Of a DNA stretch of 64,000 nucleotides, positions 17,869-26,948 are shown one piece after another. Within the stretch, counting starts at the first letter, position 1, and every line of letters starts with the position of its first letter. Source of the DNA: a virus (taxonomy: Duplodnaviria > Caudoviricetes); the IMG/VR virus record IMGVR_UViG_2236876025_000005, positions 1,662-65,661 of that record. The stretch is one strand, 5' to 3'. The notes beneath the pieces are model-generated. The model saw only the letters and a program-made list of their open reading frames with translations, was not told the DNA's origin and searched no databases. The position numbers and the translations under genes are program-made.

Positions 17869-19929
17869 TCATTCAGCCTTTTTTGTTTGACGTTTGGTTA
17901 TTTTCACCTTTTTCACGGCGTCTGCGGTCTTCTTGGCTTTCTTTTTGCCTTTCTTTCCGCAACCGTCTGTGACCTCGGCGTCGTCGAGGTCTGAATCAGC
18001 CTGCTCGATATTCACGTCGTCCTCGGAATCCGACACTTTCAGGCTCGCGACCTGATTGTACGGCACTTCGAACTCTTCTGAGCCGTCCTCGTTCTGCCAA
18101 CGGATAATCACAGGTTGCTGACCGTGGAACAGGGCGTACTGCACCGTTCCGCGCTTGCCCTTGTACTCGATTTCCTCACCTCGCGCGAGCATACGGGCGT
18201 CGTCGATAGCCTGCAAGCCGCGACGGAATCGTATGTACGAATCGCGTATTTCCTTTCCGTTCTGTTTCAGTTCAGCCTCAGACGGTAACGAATCCACGAT
18301 TGTAAGATTGTAACCGACGTAATTCGCCAATTCGTCCTTCAATTCGTTGTATTGTTTGCTATCGGCGGTTTTAAGGGTGTTGGCGTAATCGTATGTGCAA
18401 ACCCCGTGTTGCCCGTTGTGCGAATAACATACCATTGTGTCTTGGTCGCGGTTCGCCGTTCCGTATGTGTTCGGGAACACAGCAAGTACGTCGGAATCCT
18501 CAATCAGGAATACGACGTCCTCTTTGATTTTACCCTCTGAATCGGTGACACGGCGGTAAGCCTGCAAGTTTTTCAGGTCTTTGCTGAAATATTTTGCTTT
18601 CGCGTCGGCGATTCGTGAGCCGATTGAACCCTTACGGGTGCGGCTGTCGGATATTCCCATTGCCTCTCCTAATATTTCTGAATTTTCTCTTGTGTCACCG
18701 TTTGCCCTTGCTGTCTGTATAACAAGTTCGGATAATTTGCTACCATGCAACCCTGTGTTTCTTTTTGCGTTTTGAATTTCGTCTTCCGAAATACCTTGTT
18801 CCCTTAACCATTTCATTTGGTTTTGGTTGAATCGCTCTGCGTTGGCAAAGATTCTTTCCATATTCCTGTTATACCTCTCACTTCTCGTAAGTCCGTCCTT
18901 TACACGACGGCGCGAATCGGAAACGTAATCCTTGTTTGAAATTTCGTACACAACTTCGGTTTCGCCGTAAATATCACCATCTTCGGTTTCGTATTCACCT
19001 GCCAACACCCAACCCACAATTTCGTTCGGGTCATTATTATACGATTCCATTTCACGTTCCAAATCGTCAATCGCCTCGTCCAAATCGTAATATTCGTGTG
19101 ACAAACTCATCGGGGTAATGTCAAATTCCTCGGTGTCGTTGTAAATTTCAACAACGTAAATTTCGCTGTCATTATCATTTATTCGTTTCATATTATTGTG
19201 TTTTAGATTGTTACTATCATCAATATAAATCTTGTAACCCTCGAAATAGTAGTTTTTATAAAAACCCTTGTTGTTCAACGCGAAAACGTCCTTCTTGTAT
19301 TTGCGACCCGTTACTTCGTCGTAACTGTAAAAATCGGCATACGCCCAAACCTCGTAATCACAATCCGCGTATTTTTTTATTACCTCGTGCGCTTTGTCAA
19401 GCGGCAATTGACGACCCTCTTTGGTGTAGGGAATTTCGTATGTTTCCAATACAGTATTGTCACCCCCCCGTTTCCCGTATTTGGTTTCAACTGTCAATAT
19501 AAAATATTTTTCCATACCAATATTTTTTAATTGTTTACTATCTGATACTGTCTCAAACTCTTCAAGTTCCTTAGACGAATATTTAACCTTGCGCATTTCG
19601 TTTTGCAGGTCGTCCAAAAAATAACACCAATTATCGTACTCTGTCTTGTACTCGTCACCCAAATCATACTCAGGATAATCGCCTGAGTAGAATTTTCCAA
19701 AATCATCGGGGTATATGTGCGACAAGTCCCAAAACAGGTCTTCAGTCAAACCCTTTACGAACTGAAATTTCAAATCGTACAATTTACCTGAATCGGTCTT
19801 TTTTGTGAGTTTAAACTTCCAATTGTGACTACTTATGTAATTACGCAAGTCGCTCACTGACACTCTGTAATTGTAATCAACGGCAACAGCCTTGAAAACC
19901 TCTAATATTACGTCACTTGAAACATTCAT
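17869..19929 (-). CDS. modular polyprotein C (about 7 modules) with basic C-terminal tail
   Basis: Linkers VSDSKQLK, IDDS..MKRIND, VSDSRRRVKD, ISDSRTRK..IAD, VTDSEGKIKE, IRDS, VSDS. Confidence 0.8.
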   Translation of the reverse strand: MNVSSDVILEVFKAVAVDYNYRVSVSDLRNYISSHNWKFKLTKKTDSGKLYDLKFQFVKGLTEDLFWDLSHIYPDDFGKFYSGDYPEYDLGDEYKTEYDNWCYFLDDLQNEMRKVKYSSKELEEFETVSDSKQLKNIGMEKYFILTVETKYGKRGGDNTVLETYEIPYTKEGRQLPLDKAHEVIKKYADCDYEVWAYADFYSYDEVTGRKYKKDVFALNNKGFYKNYYFEGYKIYIDDSNNLKHNNMKRINDNDSEIYVVEIYNDTEEFDITPMSLSHEYYDLDEAIDDLEREMESYNNDPNEIVGWVLAGEYETEDGDIYGETEVVYEISNKDYVSDSRRRVKDGLTRSERYNRNMERIFANAERFNQNQMKWLREQGISEDEIQNAKRNTGLHGSKLSELVIQTARANGDTRENSEILGEAMGISDSRTRKGSIGSRIADAKAKYFSKDLKNLQAYRRVTDSEGKIKEDVVFLIEDSDVLAVFPNTYGTANRDQDTMVCYSHNGQHGVCTYDYANTLKTADSKQYNELKDELANYVGYNLTIVDSLPSEAELKQNGKEIRDSYIRFRRGLQAIDDARMLARGEEIEYKGKRGTVQYALFHGQQPVIIRWQNEDGSEEFEVPYNQVASLKVSDSEDDVNIEQADSDLDDAEVTDGCGKKGKKKAKKTADAVKKVKITKRQTKKAE

Positions 19930-19939
19930 ATCTGATTAT

Positions 19940-21124
19940 TTATCTTTCATTTGGTTGTTTGTATCTTTCACCCAACACCCTATAAATAGTCTGTTCGTCA
20001 GGTGTGTTCACAAGGTTGCCTGCCGAATCGAACAGTCCGTTCTCAACGAGCCTGTAACCCTTTTTCTTTGCACAGTCCCTCAGGCGCATATTTTCCTCTT
20101 TCGACCCTGTCGTACTCAACAGGTGTGTCGCCATCTGCCCGTCGGCGGCTCGTATAAGCACCACAGGGACGTTATCGTAATAGCCCCTGATAATCGAACT
20201 GTCTGCGACCATTTTCGCGAACCTCGCGCCGTCTATGCTGTTTTCGATAGTCTTGAACTCGGAATCCGAACACTCGACCACAATCGGCAACGACGTCACA
20301 GTCTCACAGCCTCTGCGGTATTCGCCCGACACAGCCCATTTGTGACCGTCAAGGACACGTTTCAGGCTGTCGGCTACCAACTCGCACTCGCGGCGTGTAT
20401 GATTCTCGACACGCGCCGCCAACTCGCTGTCGGCGACCTTGCCTTTCAGCATATCGAGGTGCTTGCACGCGCCACGGAAATAGTAGCCCTGACAGGTGCA
20501 ACCCCAATGGTCTTTCACTTTGATAAGACGGTAAGTCGCGTCACCGTCTTTTGAAACAGTGTACTGACTGTCACTGATTCTTGTAAGTTTGTAGTTGTCG
20601 CTCATTCTGTTGTTGTTTTTGTTACTGTCACCTATGACCTTTTCCTCGTCCTCTTTTTTCGCGTCGTCGTCCTTCTCGGCGATATAGACAGAACCCTCGT
20701 CGTCCTTTCCGACTATTTCGGTGTCGGTGTTCTCGTCAAGGTACTGTTTCGCGTTGGCGAGGTTTTCCTTTTTGTACTTTTTCGTCAGGACAGGCTCGCC
20801 GTTCTCTGATTCCATCAGGACGAACTCTTCGTCGTCCGCGTCAGATATGTGACGGTTGGAATATTCCTGATACAGGTCAAGAACCCTGTTGTACGTCGCA
20901 CTGTCCTTTGTCTTACGGTACTGCGCTATCGCCGACTTCAGGTTGGTGTACAGGGCGGAATCGGAAAACGCGTTTTCGAGCGTTTCCTTTGACTTATGCT
21001 TGCGACCCACGTAAAACCCTTTCCGATAGTTGTTGTTATCGGATTTCAGGTCGTGCTTTGGGTCACGCGTCGCGCCCAACTGCTTGCCTAACTTGTAGTC
21101 GTCCAACTCTGCGATTTTAGACAT
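19940..21124 (-). CDS. modular protein D: N-terminal modules, SWIM finger and degenerate DNA polymerase X (palm/thumb)
   Basis: WGCTCQG...ACKH; GEYRRGCETVTSLP (PolX GSxRRGxETVGDID); TTGSKEENMRLR..AKKKGYRLVENGLF..DEQTIYRVLG..Y..PNER. Confidence 0.8.
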   Translation of the reverse strand: MSKIAELDDYKLGKQLGATRDPKHDLKSDNNNYRKGFYVGRKHKSKETLENAFSDSALYTNLKSAIAQYRKTKDSATYNRVLDLYQEYSNRHISDADDEEFVLMESENGEPVLTKKYKKENLANAKQYLDENTDTEIVGKDDEGSVYIAEKDDDAKKEDEEKVIGDSNKNNNRMSDNYKLTRISDSQYTVSKDGDATYRLIKVKDHWGCTCQGYYFRGACKHLDMLKGKVADSELAARVENHTRRECELVADSLKRVLDGHKWAVSGEYRRGCETVTSLPIVVECSDSEFKTIENSIDGARFAKMVADSSIIRGYYDNVPVVLIRAADGQMATHLLSTTGSKEENMRLRDCAKKKGYRLVENGLFDSAGNLVNTPDEQTIYRVLGERYKQPNER

Positions 21125-21136
21125 AGTCTTTTATGT

Positions 21137-21334
21137 TTAGTCCTCGTCAAACATTTCCTCGATACCCTCAGCCTCAGCCATCTGATTCCAATCACGATAG
21201 CCTGTACGGGCGTAGATAACGTCATTCAGCGTCTCAACACTGTAACCGTTTATGTCGGTAACAAGGCACAATTCGTCGTAAGTCGCGATATTGTAACCCT
21301 CGATTAAATCCCAAAGCCTTGATTCTCTACTCAT
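21137..21334 (-). CDS. hypothetical small phage protein
   Basis: 65-aa ORF. Confidence 0.7.
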   Translation of the reverse strand: MSRESRLWDLIEGYNIATYDELCLVTDINGYSVETLNDVIYARTGYRDWNQMAEAEGIEEMFDED

Positions 21335-21346
21335 AGTCGTATTTTT

Positions 21347-21709
21347 TTATTCCTCGATTTCACCCTCGGCGTAACCCATTTCCTGACACCATTCAATAAA
21401 ACTGTAACGGTCTATATAATAACTATAAAAGTCCTGTAACTGATTCCCGTTGATAGAACACAGGTGTCCGTAACCGTCGTAGAAATAGTAGTCGTCAGAC
21501 CAAGACCATTCTATCTTGGTCGAGTTCGGGTCGCCCGTCGCGTAACCGTACGCGTGCTTAGCCATTTCCCAAATTTCCATAGGCTCTAAATCACGCCCCT
21601 CAAATTCCAAATACTCGAACTCGCCCATATCGTTCAGGGCGTACTCGCCGCGATTGTGTTCGCGCAAATATTCTTGTCCGTACTCTTCAAGTAATTCCTC
21701 GTAACTCAT
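21347..21709 (-). CDS. hypothetical acidic, Tyr-rich protein
   Basis: 120 aa with DDYYFYDGYGHL motif; promoter at 21743. Confidence 0.7.
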   Translation of the reverse strand: MSYEELLEEYGQEYLREHNRGEYALNDMGEFEYLEFEGRDLEPMEIWEMAKHAYGYATGDPNSTKIEWSWSDDYYFYDGYGHLCSINGNQLQDFYSYYIDRYSFIEWCQEMGYAEGEIEE

Positions 21710-21742
21710 AGTCGTAAATGTTTTAATTAAAATTTAACCTCA

Positions 21743-21750
21743 CAAATGTA
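21743..21750 (-). promoter_or_regulatory. Bacteroidota -7 promoter box
   Basis: CAAATGTA. Confidence 0.6.
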
Positions 21751-21821
21751 TTCAAAATTGTTCACAATATCAAAAAATTATTTTATTCGTCGGTTCGGGG
21801 GACTTTGTAATAAAACCCGTG

Positions 21822-22133
21822 TCAATCCTCTTTACAGTAATAGTTCCACGCCTTGCCGAGCGTCAGGTAGCACTCACCCCATTTGTCAGGGCGACCCTTC
21901 AGACGCCAATTCCCCGACTTGCGCAAAGTCCAAATCTCAGGCTCGTGAGAATCGTCAATCTTGCTGTAACTCGGCTCGATTTCCTCGTTGTCGCCGTAAC
22001 TCGGGTACTTGAAATAGTGTACCTCAATCTTGGTCGGTGACAGGATACCCGTAATCATTCCTGCGTGTGAATCGCTGAACAGGTGCTTTGTGACGCCCAT
22101 TCTGTTTCTCGGTTCAATCTGTTTCTCTTTCAT
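21822..22133 (-). CDS. hypothetical protein
   Basis: 103-aa ORF. Confidence 0.7.
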   Translation of the reverse strand: MKEKQIEPRNRMGVTKHLFSDSHAGMITGILSPTKIEVHYFKYPSYGDNEEIEPSYSKIDDSHEPEIWTLRKSGNWRLKGRPDKWGECYLTLGKAWNYYCKED

Positions 22134-22164
22134 AATTCCTATATTTTAAAGGTTGGTGAATGAA

Positions 22165-22191
22165 AGGTCGGGGCTGTCACGCCCCTGACCT
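22165..22191 (-). terminator. GC-rich hairpin (terminator/attenuator)
   Basis: AGGTC(A)GGGGC-GTGACA-GCCCCGACCT followed by TTTC. Confidence 0.5.
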
Positions 22192-22193
22192 GT

Positions 22194-22490
22194 TTACTTT
22201 TTCTCAATTTCAACTACGTGCAGGTTGCAATCCCAATAAACACTCGCCATACTGCGCATTACGCTTTCGCGCTTGTTGCCGAAAGACACGACGAACAGGC
22301 GTCCGCCCTCTTGATAACCGTTGACTTTGACCGTCTCGGCTACGCAGGCGTACGCGTACTCGTTCTTGCTTGTGCGCAACGTCTCGCCGTCGGCGTTCGT
22401 GTAAATGAACTTCTTGAACTTTTCCGTGCAATAAACCTTGTAATCAACCTTTGAAAAAAGATTCAGTGTTCTGCTAACTTGTGTTTTCAT
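22194..22490 (-). CDS. hypothetical protein
   Basis: Likely start MKTQ at 22490, after the promoter at 22518. Confidence 0.7.
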   Translation of the reverse strand: MKTQVSRTLNLFSKVDYKVYCTEKFKKFIYTNADGETLRTSKNEYAYACVAETVKVNGYQEGGRLFVVSFGNKRESVMRSMASVYWDCNLHVVEIEKK

Positions 22491-22517
22491 ATCCGTACGT
22501 TTTAAAGTTTCATTGTG

Positions 22518-22545
22518 CAAATATATAAATAATTTTAATATTGAT
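22518..22545 (-). promoter_or_regulatory. class-2 phage promoter
   Basis: CAAATATA..ATTTTAATAT, shared with 26259, 30212 and 36072. Confidence 0.65.
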
Positions 22546-22557
22546 ACACTCAGGCAC

Positions 22558-22587
22558 AAAAAAAATCCGTTTTTACGCGGATTTTTT
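22558..22587. terminator. bidirectional intrinsic terminator
   Basis: AAAAAATCCG...CGGATTTTTT. Confidence 0.7.
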
Positions 22588-22641
22588 CAAATAAAAACAC
22601 AGAATGCTGTGTATCAATCACTTTTGTTGTTAGCCATAATA

Positions 22642-22914
22642 TCATTCCGTTAAATCGCATTCGCGCAACATATTAATCATTTTCGTTACCGAACATTTCG
22701 GAATCGTCATCGAACCACAAAACTGTTCGGATTCATAACCAATGCTCTGCGCCACGACGATATAATTGTCCGTCTCGTGTACCAACCAACCGATTGTTTC
22801 GACCTCGATGGGTTTGAAATCGGTGTCGTAATTGATTTCATCGATTATGTTCCAATCGTTGTTCCGCGCCGAATCAACCCATTCGACGTAAACCTTTTTC
22901 AAATTCGTTCTCAT
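22642..22914 (-). CDS. hypothetical phage protein (VxWxDS...ETIGWL)
   Basis: 90-aa ORF, small beta-barrel-like pattern. Confidence 0.7.
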   Translation of the reverse strand: MRTNLKKVYVEWVDSARNNDWNIIDEINYDTDFKPIEVETIGWLVHETDNYIVVAQSIGYESEQFCGSMTIPKCSVTKMINMLRECDLTE

Positions 22915-23108
22915 TCCGCCTGTTGTAATCTTGAATTAATTTCAAACTCGTCACATATCATACGGAATTTCATTTCCGCGTCAAACGTTTGCTCGCCTAT
23001 ATTGTACGCCGCCTCGTATGTCTTGTACATAGGGCAGTTGTTCTTGTCCCAAACATAATCGCACAACGCGCAACAACCTTTTATTTTGTATGTCTTTTCC
23101 ATTATCAA
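22911..23108 (-). CDS. hypothetical Cys-containing protein
   Basis: Coupled small ORF. Confidence 0.6.
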   Translation of the reverse strand: MIMEKTYKIKGCCALCDYVWDKNNCPMYKTYEAAYNIGEQTFDAEMKFRMICDEFEINSRLQQAE

Positions 23109-23530
23109 ATATTTTTGTTTATTCTAATGAATTGTTCCAACTCAGGAAACTTGTTCTCTAACCATTTCCTACAATCCCAATAAGTTGTGTTATACACCAT
23201 GTAATTGCAATTCGCAGACGGCAAAGCGTCCACTATTGCACGATACATATCAATATCGCGTTTCGCCTGTTCGGATGTCGTCGGATATGTCACAACTTTA
23301 CCCAAACGTTCGTATATGTCGTCCGCCGTGAACAATTCGTTTTCGGTGAACGATTCCCGAAATCTATCGTCTGTCAATTTTTCACACAAATATTCGATAC
23401 CGCCGCTGTATTCATACGAACGTCTTTCAACGATAACGTCCTTGATTATGTATTTTACGAACCCGTATTTCGGTTTGTACCCAATCACAATGTCCCCGAC
23501 ATCGTATTTCGTTTCAATTTCGATTTTCAT
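23105..23530 (-). CDS. hypothetical protein with N-terminal KY/FxVGD SH3-like module
   Basis: MKIEIETKYDVGD. Confidence 0.65.
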   Translation of the reverse strand: MKIEIETKYDVGDIVIGYKPKYGFVKYIIKDVIVERRSYEYSGGIEYLCEKLTDDRFRESFTENELFTADDIYERLGKVVTYPTTSEQAKRDIDMYRAIVDALPSANCNYMVYNTTYWDCRKWLENKFPELEQFIRINKNI

Positions 23531-23928
23531 AGTTTTATTCTTTTGTCTTGAATCAATTTTGACAGTAATTGTATGACCGCCCCGACAGCCGACGGGTCGT
23601 GAAAGACGAGGTACGTGTCGTCACTCTCCCATTCGGCGTACCAATCGTCGTTCGTCTGTTCCGTCGCAATGTCCGTTCCGCAACGCGTCAGGGTGAACAC
23701 GGGCGCGTTGTCTCCCGTCGGGAACAATTCAACCAACGCGTTCAGAGACCAACACGGCGTGTAACCGTCCATTTGTTTTGCCTCGTCCGCGTCATAGTGC
23801 AACACCGTGTTATAACCGTCACGGAACGGTCTGTGGTGCATATCCGCCGTGTTCGGGTCAACACCCAATCTTACGAGTGATTCCGATTGTCCCAACGACG
23901 TGTAACCGTTTTTGTTATCGTGTCCCAT
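23527..23928 (-). CDS. hypothetical protein
   Basis: Likely start MGHD at 23928. Confidence 0.65.
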   Translation of the reverse strand: MGHDNKNGYTSLGQSESLVRLGVDPNTADMHHRPFRDGYNTVLHYDADEAKQMDGYTPCWSLNALVELFPTGDNAPVFTLTRCGTDIATEQTNDDWYAEWESDDTYLVFHDPSAVGAVIQLLSKLIQDKRIKL

Positions 23929-23930
23929 AA

Positions 23931-24233
23931 CTATAATTTTTTTATCTTGTCCTTTATTATGTCGCTCCTGTATTCCATGACTGTTTGCAGTATCGCGCAA
24001 CGCCGCGCCTCAGCCAAGCCTGACTTCAGGTCGTCGATGTCCTTGAACACCGTTTCTCGCGAATGGTAGAAATCGTTGTTTTCGTGTCCGTCACCGAGTT
24101 TGAAATTCAGAATAACGTACCCCTCGCCTGACACCCATTTTTTCCATTGTATCGTCAGTTCGTAGCCGTCCCATTTCCCGTACACACGGTTTCTCGCGCG
24201 TCGGCGCAACCGCCTCAACAATCGTGTTTTCAC
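23931..24233 (-). CDS. hypothetical protein (MKTRLLRRLRRR N-terminus)
   Basis: Coupled 100-aa ORF. Confidence 0.65.
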   Translation of the reverse strand: MKTRLLRRLRRRARNRVYGKWDGYELTIQWKKWVSGEGYVILNFKLGDGHENNDFYHSRETVFKDIDDLKSGLAEARRCAILQTVMEYRSDIIKDKIKKL

Positions 24234-25216
24234 AACTCACTAAGTATATGTTTCAGATATTCAGCTATTTTCACAAGTTCAGGCGCAAACCCCTGAACGT
24301 CACCCCTGCACAGTCTCTGCACGACACTGAACGTATTGTGCTTGTAGTTGTCAGGATTCTCAAAGAACCTGCACAGTTCAGTCAGGGTTTCAAGGTATGA
24401 ATCGACAACCTCGTCAGGCTTGTTGTTAAAAGCCTCGCGGCGTTTGCGCGAAACCTCGTCCGTCGTTGAGTTCTCAATCAGCGTCCAAAGCAAGTGTTCG
24501 GCGACCTTGCGGCTCAGTTTGTCGATACGTTTTTCCTGTAACGCGTCGTATTCCTCTTTGGTGATTCGTTTCCACCCACCTTTGCCGTCGTCCGTTTTGT
24601 ACACATTCAGGTCGATTCTGTCGCCGTCAGGCGTAATGACGTACAACAGCGCACGCGTGTCAAAATCACCGTTCTTACGGTCGGTCAGGAACGTCTGTGT
24701 GTATATCTCATATCTACCCTTTTTCGGCATATACGGCATTGTAATCGGGAACATTTCGTCGATTATTCTGTCATCACCTGAACTGAACGTGTCCGACGGC
24801 TGTTCCACGTCAACCATAATACAACGGTCAATATCGTGATATGTGACTTTTCCGTCGAGTGTTTCCTCGCGGAACAGTGACGACATACGCGGACACTGCA
24901 AACTCGATTTCAAACCACGTTTCGCCAAATATTCGGACGGTTCTAATTCGCAAATACCGTTGCTGTTTTCAAAGAAAAAGTCCTTGTCCTCAATCGGTGT
25001 CAGGGGGTGTCCCTCCATCAGCCGAATCAGAATGTTTTTCGTGAACCCGAACGACGAACCGCTGTGTCCGTCATCCATCAGGCTCTTGTACGCTTTCAAC
25101 GCGCTTTTGTAACACGAACACCCATAATCAAAATCGTCACTGTCAAAATCGAAATTAGGATTCTCTTTGCCGCAGGCGATACGGCACTCTCTTTCCGCCC
25201 AATCTTTCATACTCAT
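24230..25216 (-). CDS. conserved-type phage hypothetical protein
   Basis: 328 aa; CYKSALKAY..L..DGHSG.S.G.T..IL.RL....PLTPIED motif. Confidence 0.75.
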   Translation of the reverse strand: MSMKDWAERECRIACGKENPNFDFDSDDFDYGCSCYKSALKAYKSLMDDGHSGSSFGFTKNILIRLMEGHPLTPIEDKDFFFENSNGICELEPSEYLAKRGLKSSLQCPRMSSLFREETLDGKVTYHDIDRCIMVDVEQPSDTFSSGDDRIIDEMFPITMPYMPKKGRYEIYTQTFLTDRKNGDFDTRALLYVITPDGDRIDLNVYKTDDGKGGWKRITKEEYDALQEKRIDKLSRKVAEHLLWTLIENSTTDEVSRKRREAFNNKPDEVVDSYLETLTELCRFFENPDNYKHNTFSVVQRLCRGDVQGFAPELVKIAEYLKHILSEL

Positions 25217-25238
25217 TGTCGTTATTGTTTTTTAGTTG

Positions 25239-25676
25239 TTAATTGTCCATAAACGAATGTTCATAATGGTTTGACGACGGGGACGTTGTGTCGGGTTCGC
25301 CGTACATTCCGTCGGGGGCTTTTATTGCCAAACCTTTGTTTATAAGTCCGCGATAATCGACGTGTATCGAATTGTAGAACTCGTATGTACCCAACGTGTC
25401 CGTGTCAATATAGTTGTCGTATGCGTCCTTTTTGTGATACTGTGTCTTATACAGTTCGCCTTTTTCCTGACGTGTCAGGGATGCCCTTGTGCGCAGGTAT
25501 GGCTTGATTTTCTCAACGGGGACGGAAATTTGATGCGACATAAACGGTTTCACGATAACCGCCTGCCTGCCGACCGTAAGCATTGTCAGGTCGTAAACCT
25601 CACCCTCGTACTCAACTTTCACACCGTATGGCAACCTCGTCGCCAAATCACGGTAAATCATTTCCGATTCGTTCAT
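25239..25676 (-). CDS. RLPYG-family hypothetical protein (paralog 1)
   Basis: RDLATRLPYGV...HVDYRGLI.KGLAIKAPDGMY. Confidence 0.75.
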   Translation of the reverse strand: MNESEMIYRDLATRLPYGVKVEYEGEVYDLTMLTVGRQAVIVKPFMSHQISVPVEKIKPYLRTRASLTRQEKGELYKTQYHKKDAYDNYIDTDTLGTYEFYNSIHVDYRGLINKGLAIKAPDGMYGEPDTTSPSSNHYEHSFMDN

Positions 25677-26233
25677 AATTTATTGATTTCAAATGCGTTT
25701 TGCGCGATAAAATTGTAGTGCAAAAAATAATGCCCGTTACCGTCGTAATATTCACCCTCGCAATACCAACATTCCCTTTGGGTTATATACGAACCATCGT
25801 GTTTTTGAACGATTTTCATCACGTTGTAACCCGTGCGTGTGTTCAATTTCGATTGGGTTGACGCGAACCGCATTGCCGCGTCCAAATCGTCAGTCAACCA
25901 TATCTTACCTAACGAATCGTCGCACACGCAATATTTGTAATTCGGGTTCACCGATTCCCGTGCGTGACGCACCCGTGCGTCCACGTAATTCTTGAACGTT
26001 TGGTCGGTATCGTACAACTTGTCGTAATCGGAATATGACACCGTTTTCGGTTTCCGTGCGCGTTTCCGTTTCGGTTTCGCCGTCAACAACCGTTCCAACA
26101 CGGGGATATTTTTCGCCAACATCTGTGCGTCCGTGGGTTCACCATCGTAGGCGGTATCGCTGATGTGATATTCGACGTATGCGTTCAGGAACTGCATAAC
26201 CTCGTCAACCGCCTGTCCGTCTGCCTTTTTCAT
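25673..26233 (-). CDS. hypothetical protein
   Basis: 186 aa, promoter at 26259. Confidence 0.7.
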   Translation of the reverse strand: MKKADGQAVDEVMQFLNAYVEYHISDTAYDGEPTDAQMLAKNIPVLERLLTAKPKRKRARKPKTVSYSDYDKLYDTDQTFKNYVDARVRHARESVNPNYKYCVCDDSLGKIWLTDDLDAAMRFASTQSKLNTRTGYNVMKIVQKHDGSYITQRECWYCEGEYYDGNGHYFLHYNFIAQNAFEINKL

Positions 26234-26258
26234 AGCCTGTACGTTTTAAAGTCCACGG

Positions 26259-26288
26259 CAAATATACAGTTTATTTTAATATAACAAA
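26259..26288 (-). promoter_or_regulatory. class-2 phage promoter
   Basis: CAAATATACAGTTTATTTTAATATAACAAA. Confidence 0.65.
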
Positions 26289-26445
26289 TTTTTGTTATAT
26301 ATTTTTTATCTGTATTTTGACATAAAAAGTGCCATCGCGACGGCTATTAAAAGGGCGGCGATGTTTTCAATCCATTCGTACAGTTCGCTTTTATTCCCGT
26401 TGTCGTCGGTGTCTTCAAGCAATTGTCTTTTGTCAAAATCCTTTT

Positions 26446-26658
26446 TCATATCGGTTCGTTATTACTTTCGTCAACTGATAAAATCGCCATCACGTTACCG
26501 CCGCGTGTTTTCACTATTTCAACCGAATCAATATCAACGCAACTGTAATCATGGTCGCATTTGTACGATTTACGGTACAACGCAACCGCGTTTTCGATTG
26601 TGTCGGCGACAACCAACGTGCCGTCAATTTCCCAAACCCGTGTGTATTTTGTTTTCAT
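26446..26658 (-). CDS. hypothetical protein
   Basis: Coupled small ORF. Confidence 0.65.
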   Translation of the reverse strand: MKTKYTRVWEIDGTLVVADTIENAVALYRKSYKCDHDYSCVDIDSVEIVKTRGGNVMAILSVDESNNEPI

Positions 26659-26936
26659 AAATACTCATCTACATTTTCAACGTTGTTTTCCTTGCACCAA
26701 TCCTTAATAATACTTTCCGCATAATTTTTTATGCGTTGCACGTCTCGGATTCCGACGTACTGATACACGAATCTTATAAATTCGGTGTCAATTCCGCGTT
26801 TCCATACCTCGTTAAGCAATGTTTCGTTCGACGCGTGCGGAACAAGATATTCCAACATCGCGTGAATCTCTTTCTGTGAGTGCGCCGCGTCAAACAGGCA
26901 CGCCAAATCAATTTCCGTGTTGATTTTTACTTTCAT
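26655..26936 (-). CDS. hypothetical protein
   Basis: 93-aa ORF. Confidence 0.65.
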   Translation of the reverse strand: MKVKINTEIDLACLFDAAHSQKEIHAMLEYLVPHASNETLLNEVWKRGIDTEFIRFVYQYVGIRDVQRIKNYAESIIKDWCKENNVENVDEYL

Positions 26937-26948
26937 TTTTTTTGTATT

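Noticed and set aside
12211-19929. Linker repeats as a CRISPR array or DNA-level repeat element
   Set aside because: Spacing is irregular (about 100-600 bp), all copies are in frame within long ORFs, and they vary at synonymous positions, so conservation is at peptide level.
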